From: Clostridia bacterium
GTDB taxonomy: Bacteria > Bacillota > Clostridia > TANB77 > CAG-508
Assembly (NCBI GenBank): GCA_045643205.1
Contig: JAZUKI010000001.1
Location: forward strand, 1 to 55,157
Direction of reading: 5' to 3'
DNA length: 55,157 nt
The notes under the pieces were generated by a model that saw only the letters and a list, made by a program, of their open reading frames with translations, was not told the DNA's origin and ran no database searches. Of this stretch, positions 8,431 to 16,991 are shown in pieces. A program made the translations under genes and the position numbers. The first letter of the stretch is position 1, and every line of letters starts with the position of its first letter.

Positions 8431-10299
8431 ATGAGTATTTTGAAATCATCAAAAAAACAATCAAGTGAGCAAGTAAGCGATAAAAACAAAAGTACAACAT
8501 TTGAAAAAGTTTCAGACAAAATTGAACAAGAACAAAAAGCTCAAAAAAAGGTTGAAACAAAAGAAACAAAAACAATAAAAATTGCGTTTAATATTATTGC
8601 TATTTTTTGCATTGCAATTTTTGCTTTTGCTTTAACACCTAAGGCTTTTCAAAATGATACTTTTTATACTATCAAGATAGGACAAGATATCAGAGCTAAT
8701 GGAATTGATTATGTTGATCATTATTCATGGCATGGAAATCTTAAATATACATATCCACACTGGTTATATGATTTTTTAACAGGATTAATTTTTGATTTTG
8801 CCGGTGGATATATGGGAATATATATTGCTACGGTTATATTAGCAATGATAATGGGCATACTTTTATATGTAACTAATAAAAAAGTATCGAAGAATGAACT
8901 TATTTCATTTTTTATTACAATGGGACAATTATTTTTATTAAAATCATATATTTGTGCCAGAGCTCAATTAGTAACATTTTCATTATTTATATTAACAGTA
9001 TTTTTAATAGAAAGCTTCTTAGAAAAACCAAAGTGGTGGCAAGGCGTATTATTAGTACTGATATCATTACTTGTAGCTAATTTACATGCTGCAACATGGC
9101 CATTCTATTTTGTTTTATATTTGCCTTTTATTGGTGAATATATAGTATCAGCAATTTTTGAAGGAAAATTATTTCATTATGTTTCAATTAAAATTGCTAA
9201 CATTAGATTGAAACGTGCAAACAAAAAATTAAAGAAAGCTAAAAATGAAACAAAAGTAGAAAAATACAAAGCAATTATAGTTAGCTGTAATAAAGATATT
9301 TCTGTAGAAAATGAACATTATGAAAAATTTAAAGTAAAATATGCAGAGAGATTAAAGAACCCATACAAAGTTAAATTGGAGAAGATAAAACATGTTCCTA
9401 AATTATTAATAATAATGGGCATTGCTATATTAATGGGATTCTGTACACCACTAAAAGATACACCATTTACATACACATTGTTAACAGCTAAAGGTACAAC
9501 AATGCAAGGAATTAGTGAGCATTTACCATTAACACTTAGTCAAAATTTTGAAATGATAATTTGCTTAATTACTACAGTTGTTTTATTAACATTTACAAAA
9601 GTAAAAATTAAGTTAAGAGATTTGTTTTTTGTTATTGGATTATCAACATTAGCATTTATAACTAGACGTCAAGTATCAATGTTTATAATATTTGGCGGAT
9701 TTGCAATTACAAGAATGAGTACATCTTTATTTGAAACATATTTTAAAGATGTAAAAATAAAGATAATGAATTTAGCAACTACGGCTGTTGGCACACTAAT
9801 AATTGTAGTAATTACTTTAGTAATTTCATTCTTAAATTATTATCCAATTATGAATGATGATTATGTAAGTAATACATACCCAATTGATGCTTGTGAATGG
9901 ATAAAAATGAATATACCAGATTATCAAAACACATCAAAAGTAAGAATTTTCAATGACTATAATTATGGAAGTTATATATTATTAAATAATATTCCTGTAT
10001 TTATAGATTCTAGAGCTGATTTATATACCCCAGAATTTAATGGAAAATATAATGAACAAACAAAGAAATATACTGGAAACGATGTTTTCCAAGACTATTT
10101 AAATGTTTCTTCAATAGGAACTTATTATAAAGATTTATTTAATAAATATAATATTACTCACATTTTAATTAAAGCAAATTCAAAGTTAAATATGCTTATA
10201 TCAAAAGAAAGCGATTATGCAACATTGATTTATGCAAAAGATAATCAAGGTTATGTAATTTATGAAATAAATAGAAATAGTGATAGTGTTAATCAATAA
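8431..10299 (+). CDS. Multi-pass membrane protein, putative GT-C-fold glycosyltransferase
   Basis: About 10 TM helices; ND..Y...G...DxYS...HWL loop, ARAQ, ANLH, ISEH; soluble C-terminal NDYNYGSY...VFIDSRADLY. Confidence 0.6.
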   Translation: MSILKSSKKQSSEQVSDKNKSTTFEKVSDKIEQEQKAQKKVETKETKTIKIAFNIIAIFCIAIFAFALTPKAFQNDTFYTIKIGQDIRANGIDYVDHYSWHGNLKYTYPHWLYDFLTGLIFDFAGGYMGIYIATVILAMIMGILLYVTNKKVSKNELISFFITMGQLFLLKSYICARAQLVTFSLFILTVFLIESFLEKPKWWQGVLLVLISLLVANLHAATWPFYFVLYLPFIGEYIVSAIFEGKLFHYVSIKIANIRLKRANKKLKKAKNETKVEKYKAIIVSCNKDISVENEHYEKFKVKYAERLKNPYKVKLEKIKHVPKLLIIMGIAILMGFCTPLKDTPFTYTLLTAKGTTMQGISEHLPLTLSQNFEMIICLITTVVLLTFTKVKIKLRDLFFVIGLSTLAFITRRQVSMFIIFGGFAITRMSTSLFETYFKDVKIKIMNLATTAVGTLIIVVITLVISFLNYYPIMNDDYVSNTYPIDACEWIKMNIPDYQNTSKVRIFNDYNYGSYILLNNIPVFIDSRADLYTPEFNGKYNEQTKKYTGNDVFQDYLNVSSIGTYYKDLFNKYNITHILIKANSKLNMLISKESDYATLIYAKDNQGYVIYEINRNSDSVNQ

Positions 10300-10311
10300 A
10301 GAAAGTGAAAG

Positions 10312-11235
10312 ATGAATACAATTATTAATAAATATTTAGTAACTGAACATGATGACAATAAAAGACTTGATGCTTATGCTTCAAGTCTTAATAGTATTGA
10401 GTCTAGAAGTATGGCACAAAAATTAATTAAAGATCAAAAAATTTTAGTAAATGGAAATTCATCAAAGGAAGCATATAAAATAAAAGTTGGTGATGAAATT
10501 ACTGTAATGATTGATCCACCAAAGGAAAGCCATATTAAGGCAGAGGATATACCACTTAATATTATTTATGAAGATGATGACATTTTAGTAGTAAATAAAG
10601 AAAAAGGAATGGTTGTTCATCCAGGCAACGGCAATTATGAAGGAACTCTTGTTAATGCTATTATGAATCATTGCAAAGATAGTTTATCAGGAATTGGTGG
10701 TGAACTTAGACCTGGTATAGTTCATAGAATAGATAAAGATACATCAGGACTTTTAATAGTTGCAAAGAATGATAAATCACATATTAATTTATCAGAGCAA
10801 ATTAAAAATCATACAGTAACTAAAATTTACACTTGTTTAGTAAAAGGAAATTTACCCGAAGATAAGGCAACTATAGATATGCCAATTGCACGTTCACAAA
10901 ATGATAGAAAAAAGATGGATGTTAGACAAGACGGCAAAGAAGCGGTAACCCATGTTACTGTTTTAAAAAGATATGGAAATTATACTTTACTTAGTGTTAA
11001 AATAGATACAGGTCGTACACATCAAATTAGAGTTCACTTATCACACATTGGATATCCAGTAGTTGGTGATGAAGTTTATTCTAGTGGCAGGAACGAATTT
11101 AACATCCACGGCCAAATGCTACATAGTACAGAGCTTACATTTGTTCATCCAAAAACAAATAAGGAGATGCATTTTGAAGCACCACTTCCAGAATATTTTA
11201 AAAAAGTTCTAGATGAACTAGATAGGAGAGCATAA
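10312..11235 (+). CDS. rluD: RluA-family pseudouridine synthase (RluD-like)
   Basis: S4 domain, GMVVHP, HRIDKDTSG, TGRTHQIRVH. Confidence 0.9.
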   Translation: MNTIINKYLVTEHDDNKRLDAYASSLNSIESRSMAQKLIKDQKILVNGNSSKEAYKIKVGDEITVMIDPPKESHIKAEDIPLNIIYEDDDILVVNKEKGMVVHPGNGNYEGTLVNAIMNHCKDSLSGIGGELRPGIVHRIDKDTSGLLIVAKNDKSHINLSEQIKNHTVTKIYTCLVKGNLPEDKATIDMPIARSQNDRKKMDVRQDGKEAVTHVTVLKRYGNYTLLSVKIDTGRTHQIRVHLSHIGYPVVGDEVYSSGRNEFNIHGQMLHSTELTFVHPKTNKEMHFEAPLPEYFKKVLDELDRRA

Positions 11236-11957
11236 TGGAAGAGAGACTACAAAAAGTTTTAGCAAATGCTGGCGTTGCTTCAAGAAGAAAGTGCGAAGAA
11301 TTAATCTTAAATGGACAAATAAAAGTTAATGGAAAAATAGTAAAAGAACTTGGCACAAAAGTTGATGCAGAAAAAGATAAAATAGAGTATAATGGAAAAC
11401 AGATAAATAAAGTTGATAAATATGTATATATTTTATTAAATAAACCAATCGGATATGTTACTACAATGAATGATCAGTTTGGTAGAGATACAGTAATGGA
11501 TTTAGTTAAAGTAAGGGAAAGGGTTGTTCCCGTTGGAAGACTTGATATGTATACTTCAGGAGCTATACTGCTTTCAAATGATGGAGACTTTGTTAATAAA
11601 GTTACACATCCTAAACATGAAGTCGATAAAACATATAACGTAACAGTTGCTGGAGTTATTTCAAATGAAGATGTTGATAAACTAAGAAAGGGTGTTGAAA
11701 TAGATGATGAAGGAACACCATACACAACTAAAGAAGCAAAAGTAAAAATACTACATATAGATCAAGAAAAGAATTTATCAAGATTGCAAATCACAATTCA
11801 TGAAGGAAAGAACAGAGAAGTAAGAAAGATGTGTGAAGCAGTCGGTAAAAAGGTCATTGCACTACATAGAGCCAAAATTGGCGATATTAGTGTTAAAGAT
11901 ATACCACTTGGAAAGTGGAGATATTTAAAAAATTACGAAATTAAAAAACTAATTTGA
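11235..11957 (+). CDS. rluB: RsuA-family pseudouridine synthase (RluB-like)
   Basis: ERLQK...SRR S4 domain, NKPxG, VGRLD, EGKNREVR. Confidence 0.9.
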   Translation: MEERLQKVLANAGVASRRKCEELILNGQIKVNGKIVKELGTKVDAEKDKIEYNGKQINKVDKYVYILLNKPIGYVTTMNDQFGRDTVMDLVKVRERVVPVGRLDMYTSGAILLSNDGDFVNKVTHPKHEVDKTYNVTVAGVISNEDVDKLRKGVEIDDEGTPYTTKEAKVKILHIDQEKNLSRLQITIHEGKNREVRKMCEAVGKKVIALHRAKIGDISVKDIPLGKWRYLKNYEIKKLI

Positions 11958-11988
11958 TTTTAATTTCACAAAGGAAGGAAGAGTTATT

Positions 11989-12918
11989 ATGATAGAGGAT
12001 AACGAAATTAAGACAAAGGTTTCACCATTTGCAATGAGAGAGGGTGAAATAAAAGTATTTGATGGAAAAGATGGATATGTTTCTATGAATCAAATACTTC
12101 AAAAAATCAATATTGGACATATCAATGAATTACATTTTAAAATTCTAGAATTGATTAACAAATTTGAATTTTTAACATCAAGACAAATATTTCAATTATT
12201 AGAATATTGCAACATGGAAATTAAAGATCAAGATAAACTTAATAAGAAGCTTGAACAATTATTAAAAAATAAAATTATTACTAGATATTATTTCACATCA
12301 GCAGATGGAAATGGTGTTTATAGAGTATACTGCATGGAAAAGATGGGTAAATACCTTTTAAATTCAAGAGAAATTGAATGCAAATGGCAACCATCAGATA
12401 ATGCAAAGCCAGTTGAAATGATGAAGAAAAAATTAGCTGGAAACCAAGTAATCATTGCTTATATGAGAAAGGTAAAGACATTTAAAAATTATCATTTAAA
12501 ACCACAACTAACAGCTAAAAGAATTGGAAAAACATTTAAACCAATTGCATCAATAGATTTTGTAGTAGGAAAAGCAGAAGTTTCAATTGCATATGAAATG
12601 GTAAGAAGAAACCAAAATTGGGAAGAAAAATTAGTAGAAAGAATGATTTTATGGAAAGACTTCTATGAATCATTTGTTCCAGGTGATGCTGGATTTAGAT
12701 CAATACCTCAACTAGTTTTTGTTTGCGAAGATCAAAAACATATGGCTGAAGTATTTAAAGTATTGTATGTTAATAAAACAATATTGCCATCAATAAAATA
12801 TTATTATACAACTGATTTAGATCAAAATGAGGACACTCTAGATAAATCATTGTATGAATTTGTAAGTGATGGAACTCAATTTAAAATTAATAATATTAGT
12901 GCTAAATTCTTAGCATAA
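11989..12918 (+). CDS. Replication-relaxation (Replic_Relax)-like protein
   Basis: Winged-helix N-terminus (ILELINKFEFLTSRQI...LEQL...VYCMEKMG) and a restriction-endonuclease-like C-terminus (YEMVR...WKDFY...PQLVFVCED); strong RBS. Confidence 0.62.
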   Translation: MIEDNEIKTKVSPFAMREGEIKVFDGKDGYVSMNQILQKINIGHINELHFKILELINKFEFLTSRQIFQLLEYCNMEIKDQDKLNKKLEQLLKNKIITRYYFTSADGNGVYRVYCMEKMGKYLLNSREIECKWQPSDNAKPVEMMKKKLAGNQVIIAYMRKVKTFKNYHLKPQLTAKRIGKTFKPIASIDFVVGKAEVSIAYEMVRRNQNWEEKLVERMILWKDFYESFVPGDAGFRSIPQLVFVCEDQKHMAEVFKVLYVNKTILPSIKYYYTTDLDQNEDTLDKSLYEFVSDGTQFKINNISAKFLA

Positions 12919-12922
12919 AAAG

Positions 12923-12952
12923 AAAAGAGGTTGATTTAAATCAACCTCTTTT
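12923..12952. terminator. Bidirectional terminator between convergent genes
   Basis: Perfect 30-bp palindrome AAAAGAGGTTGATTTAAATCAACCTCTTTT. Confidence 0.85.
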
Positions 12953-12964
12953 AATATGACTTTA

Positions 12965-15385
12965 TTAATTATTAGAATTACCAGATGATTTTTTATTAGT
13001 GTTTTTACGTTGTCCTGGGTTGTAGATTGCATCATTATCTCCTGGTTTGATTGATAAGTTAGTTGGATCTGTATGAATTGGTCCATCTGAATTATCATCA
13101 CTAAATGAAACTTTATCTGTTCTTCTATGAGCTGTATTTCCAAATTTATTATAAACAGTATCATTATATTTATCAGTTTCTTTAGCATTTGCAATACCAT
13201 TAGAGAAACTTGTAAAATTATATGATTTAATTTTTTGTTTATCTAAGTATTTAGGTGACATGAAATCAAGATCAGCTTGACCATTATCAATTTTACCACC
13301 TAAGTTCTTAATTTTATATGTACATCTCTTGAACTTAGCACCAGAAATTGTTCCAGCAAATTGTTTTGGACCCCATCTATATGCAACATTAGCTTTAGAA
13401 GTATATGCATCCTTTTCTTTATCAAAGTCATTATCAGAAATCCACCATTTTTTAACTTGACCAATTTCACTTTGCCAGTAAACAGCATCTTCTGGAGAAA
13501 CACCACCAAATACGATTTTGTTTGAACAGTTTGATAAAATTGTGTCACCAATTTTAGAATAATCTCCAGTAGTTGTTAGTTGGTCATTTGTATCACTTAA
13601 ACTTACTAATGAGCTCTTACCTCTTAATTGAGATAAGTTTTGTACAGAAATAACTGTACCAATTCTATATTTTCTATAAGTTGTAAATATTAATTCTGTA
13701 GCAGGACAAATGAAATCAGCAAATTCATCAACATATAAATAGTGAGGGATACGTGATTTTTCATTTCCTGGTCTTCTTAATACAGAGTATTGCATTAATA
13801 GCAAATAGAATAAACCAAATGCTCTATGAGCTGTTTCTCCTAAATCACCACGTCTTGTACAAACTAAGCAAACATCACCATTTTCAAGAACATTATCAAA
13901 ATTAATATTATTTTCTCTATTACATAAAATACGTTTAATTCCAGGATATCTTAAAAGTGTATCAAGTTGAGCTAAAGGAAGAGAAACTAATTTTTTCATT
14001 TCATCCTTGCTATTACCACTTTCATAGAAATTCTTTCTGAAATAAGCAATTTGATTTTCATATTCCTTTGAAAGAACTTCATCTTCTTCAAGAATTCTAC
14101 ACATTTTTTCTATAACATCAAAATTATTTAATAACTTATACATATCATTTAAGTTTGGTAATTTTCCTGCATTTAATTTAGGATATACAACTTTTAATAA
14201 GATAGCTAAGTTTTCAACAACTTGATTAGCTAAGTTTTCTTTATAATTTAATCCACCTGAAGCTGTAGCATAGAAGCCACCTAAAATTGTAGATATAGCT
14301 GTAGCTGCTTGTAGAGGAGAAGTAAATGAGAATGGATTTAATCCAATAGAATCTGAACTATTAGGATCAAATAAGTAATATCCAATACCATGAGCAGCAC
14401 AAACTTTTTTCATTTTTTCAATTGTTTCATCATCTGGAGCAATATATGTTAAACCTAAATCTCTATAAGTATAATTTGAACCAGATTGATTCATTACTAA
14501 TTTTTTGAAGTATGAAGCATAAGCCTTAGCTTTTGATTCAACTGGAAGAATCATATTTAATGAGAAATTATTATTAATGTAGTCATTATCATATGGAGCA
14601 TTTAATGTTGCTATTCCAGTACGTAAAGCTGCGTTAGCCATACTCTTAGCTGTTTCTCTATAAAAATATTTCTTATATAAATCTTGAGCAATCCAAGGTT
14701 CAAAAATTAATGTTGTTTTACCAGCACCAGAAACTCCAACTGCAAGTGTTGATTCGTATCTTCTTATTTCTGGAAGCTTAACTTTAGTTCCATATTCTTT
14801 TTCAATACCAATATAGATTTCATTAGTGAAATTACCCCAACCTTTAGTTGTATCACTTAAATCTATACCTGTATAATCATAAATACCTTCAAAAACTTTT
14901 CTAGTATCATTAATGTCTAAGTATAATTTCTTAAATATTGTTCCAGCAGTGAATAGAGGAAGAAGTAATGCTAATGAACCGAATGCTGGGCTAATTAAGA
15001 AACCAAAATTTTGAACTATACCAGTAAAGTTTGGAACAGAGATGAATCCCATCCAAAGTAATTTGTTTGCACCTTCAGTAAACATTAAAATTACTAAAAT
15101 ATAAAATTCAATTACAAATCTATTAAACCATTTAACTTTATCATTATCTACTTTTACAAACTTTGATTTCATAGCAAATGCAAATGAGAATACACAAGAC
15201 GCTAATGCTAAAGTGTACATTAGTGGGCTCCAATAATAATAAGCTACACCTGTAAAAATAATAAATGCAAATTCAACTAAACGATCTATTAAAAAATACA
15301 CAGTTAATAAAGATAGAATATATGTAAAAAATGTATTTCTATCTGTTTTTAGTGCATTTAAAAATTTATCTAATAATTTAAGCAT
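12965..15385 (-). CDS. Type IV coupling protein-like ATPase (VirD4/TraD/TraM-recognition family)
   Basis: About 4 N-terminal TMs; Walker A GVSGAGKT (14714-14737); FDP...LNPF; Walker B YLYVDEF (13721-13741); RKYRIGTVISVQNLSQL; ILSNCSNKIVFG; GAAAGGA RBS. Confidence 0.85.
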   Translation of the reverse strand: MLKLLDKFLNALKTDRNTFFTYILSLLTVYFLIDRLVEFAFIIFTGVAYYYWSPLMYTLALASCVFSFAFAMKSKFVKVDNDKVKWFNRFVIEFYILVILMFTEGANKLLWMGFISVPNFTGIVQNFGFLISPAFGSLALLLPLFTAGTIFKKLYLDINDTRKVFEGIYDYTGIDLSDTTKGWGNFTNEIYIGIEKEYGTKVKLPEIRRYESTLAVGVSGAGKTTLIFEPWIAQDLYKKYFYRETAKSMANAALRTGIATLNAPYDNDYINNNFSLNMILPVESKAKAYASYFKKLVMNQSGSNYTYRDLGLTYIAPDDETIEKMKKVCAAHGIGYYLFDPNSSDSIGLNPFSFTSPLQAATAISTILGGFYATASGGLNYKENLANQVVENLAILLKVVYPKLNAGKLPNLNDMYKLLNNFDVIEKMCRILEEDEVLSKEYENQIAYFRKNFYESGNSKDEMKKLVSLPLAQLDTLLRYPGIKRILCNRENNINFDNVLENGDVCLVCTRRGDLGETAHRAFGLFYLLLMQYSVLRRPGNEKSRIPHYLYVDEFADFICPATELIFTTYRKYRIGTVISVQNLSQLRGKSSLVSLSDTNDQLTTTGDYSKIGDTILSNCSNKIVFGGVSPEDAVYWQSEIGQVKKWWISDNDFDKEKDAYTSKANVAYRWGPKQFAGTISGAKFKRCTYKIKNLGGKIDNGQADLDFMSPKYLDKQKIKSYNFTSFSNGIANAKETDKYNDTVYNKFGNTAHRRTDKVSFSDDNSDGPIHTDPTNLSIKPGDNDAIYNPGQRKNTNKKSSGNSNN

Positions 15386-15473
15386 AATAGGTTCCTTTCA
15401 CTATACATACTTGTACACTTCTATTATCTTACAAAATGGCAAAAAATACAAGTGTTTCAGGCTATTTTTGAAC

Positions 15474-15506
15474 AAAAAAAGAAGTGGAAAAATCCACTTC
15501 TTTCTC
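15474..15506 (-). terminator. Terminator after hup
   Basis: AAAGAAGTGGA-aaaa-TCCACTTCTTT with an A-run on + (U-run on -). Confidence 0.8.
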
Positions 15507-15524
15507 TAAAATATAATAAACAAA

Positions 15525-15803
15525 TTATTTGTGATTTACTACATCTTTTAATGCTTTACCAGCTTTGAAAACAGGTGCTTTTGATGCAGGAATTTTGATT
15601 TCTTCCTTAGTTTGAGGATTTCTTCCTTTTCTAGCAGCTCTTTTCTTAACTTCGAAAGAACCAAATCCAACTAATTGAACTTTGTCACCTTTCTTTAAGC
15701 TAGCAGTAATAGCAGCAATCATAGCGTCTAATGCTATTTCAGCATCCTTTTTTGTTTCTCCTGTTTTAGCAGCCATTGCTGCGATTAATTCAGATTTGTT
15801 CAT
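15525..15803 (-). CDS. hup: DNA-binding protein HU
   Basis: MNKSELI, GFGSF, GRNPQTxEEIKIPA. Confidence 0.98.
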   Translation of the reverse strand: MNKSELIAAMAAKTGETKKDAEIALDAMIAAITASLKKGDKVQLVGFGSFEVKKRAARKGRNPQTKEEIKIPASKAPVFKAGKALKDVVNHK

Positions 15804-15928
15804 TATTAATTACCTCCTAAAGTAAATAAGAAATGTTTTGACTTTTTGTAAGTCTTTAATATATTTACAAGAAATCACAATAAATAGCAAGGGTTTTTGC
15901 AATTTTTTTTATTAAGAATTTGTAACAA

Positions 15929-16618
15929 TTATTTAGAATCTTTTAATTGACTTTCTAATTTTTCTTTCTTTTTTTCTATTTTTTTAGCTCTATTAACAGT
16001 TCTATTATATTTAGATTCTATTTTGTCTTCCTTAGTTGGCTTCTCTGTAATAGTTGTATCTTCAGCTTTTAAATCATCTTTTACAAAGTATCCTTTTATT
16101 AAAAATTCTCTAGCATACATAAATAGAGAAAGGATAGTAAAGGTAAGAGCAACATAATAAATGTAAAGATCAAATTGAAATTGTATATTAAAGAAATGAA
16201 TTGCTAAAGATGAAACTATCGCAAAGTAAAACAATACAGTTGAAAGTTTACCAAACCATCTACTAGAAACAACTAATTTCTTTCCATATAGGAAGGCAGC
16301 ACCAGCAACCATTAATAATTCTTTTGAAAAAACAACAATTAAAATCCACCATGGAATAATGTTAATATAAGCTAAAGCAATTAATGTAAATAATTGGTTG
16401 GCTTTATCAGCTAAAGGATCAATTAATTTTCCAAAGTTAGAAACAAAGTTGAATCTTCTTGCAATTATTCCATCTAAAACATCTGTTAACCCTGAAATAG
16501 TTAGTAGGATTGCAGCAACTAAAAATTCATGATTTAAAATTGCTCCAAAGATAAAAGGTATAAAAAAGAATCTACTAACAGTTAAAATGTTTGGAATATT
16601 TTTTAAAAAACTTTTCAT
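15929..16618 (-). CDS. pgsA: CDP-diacylglycerol--glycerol-3-phosphate phosphatidyltransferase
   Basis: IPNxLT.xR, DxLDGxIAR...FGKLIDPLADK; ATG at 16618 follows GAGGTG RBS; Lys-rich C-terminal tail. Confidence 0.85.
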   Translation of the reverse strand: MKSFLKNIPNILTVSRFFFIPFIFGAILNHEFLVAAILLTISGLTDVLDGIIARRFNFVSNFGKLIDPLADKANQLFTLIALAYINIIPWWILIVVFSKELLMVAGAAFLYGKKLVVSSRWFGKLSTVLFYFAIVSSLAIHFFNIQFQFDLYIYYVALTFTILSLFMYAREFLIKGYFVKDDLKAEDTTITEKPTKEDKIESKYNRTVNRAKKIEKKKEKLESQLKDSK

Positions 16619-16647
16619 AAACACCTCTATGTATATTTTATTTTCAT

Positions 16648-16688
16648 AAATTTGATTTTGTGTATTTTACAAATTTGATTTTGCGTAT
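16648..16688. repeat. Direct repeat, 18 bp x2, period 23
   Basis: aaatttgattttgtgtat / aaatttgattttgcgtat in the pgsA 5' leader. Confidence 0.75.
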
Positions 16689-16705
16689 ATTTCATTTTCA
16701 CGTGG

Positions 16706-16734
16706 ATTATAGCAAGAATATAAAAAAAATTCAA
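16706..16734 (-). promoter_or_regulatory. SigA promoter of pgsA
   Basis: TTGAAT-17-TATAAT with TG extension (TGcTATAAT) on -. Confidence 0.7.
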
Positions 16735-16763
16735 CAAAAAAGAGAGATCTAAAAGATCTCTCT
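16735..16763 (-). terminator. Terminator after tRNA-Leu
   Basis: AGAGAGATCT-aaa-AGATCTCTCT with a U-run on -. Confidence 0.8.
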
Positions 16764-16768
16764 ATATT

Positions 16769-16855
16769 TGGTGCAGATACCCGGAATCGAACCGGGACGA
16801 TATCGCTATCGCAGGATTTTAAGTCCTGTGCGTCTACCAGTTCCGCCATATCTGC
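16769..16855 (-). tRNA. tRNA-Leu(TAA)
   Basis: GCAGATA/TATCTGC acceptor stem, CAGGA-CTTAAAA-TCCTG anticodon arm, long variable arm, GGTTCGATTCC, encoded CCA. Confidence 0.97.
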
Positions 16856-16878
16856 GTAACTAAGTTACAACAATCGTT

Positions 16879-16907
16879 ATTATAATATGTTGAACAACAT
16901 TTGTCAA
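16879..16907 (-). promoter_or_regulatory. Consensus SigA promoter of tRNA-Leu
   Basis: Perfect TTGACA-17-TATAAT on -. Confidence 0.85.
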
Positions 16908-16941
16908 TACAAATTTTAGAATTTTCTAATAAAAAAAGTTG

Positions 16942-16970
16942 TTTACAAACATTTTTTATTATTATATAAT
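16942..16970 (+). promoter_or_regulatory. SigA promoter of TPR/pilin operon
   Basis: TTTACA-17-TATAAT, divergent from the tRNA promoter. Confidence 0.65.
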
Positions 16971-16991
16971 TTGGCCATTAAAAGGAGAAAT

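Noticed and set aside
12923-12952. Perfect palindrome as a possible oriT
   Set aside because: Its position between convergent stop codons, with A/T flanks, is fully explained by a bidirectional terminator.
16667-16849. 60-aa ORF MAELVDAQDLKS on the - strand
   Set aside because: It is the translation of the tRNA-Leu gene and its terminator, a known spurious ORF type.
11958-16855. Integrated ICE or genomic island ending at tRNA-Leu
   Set aside because: No integrase, no duplicated tRNA 3' end seen, and housekeeping hup and pgsA lie between the T4CP gene and the tRNA.
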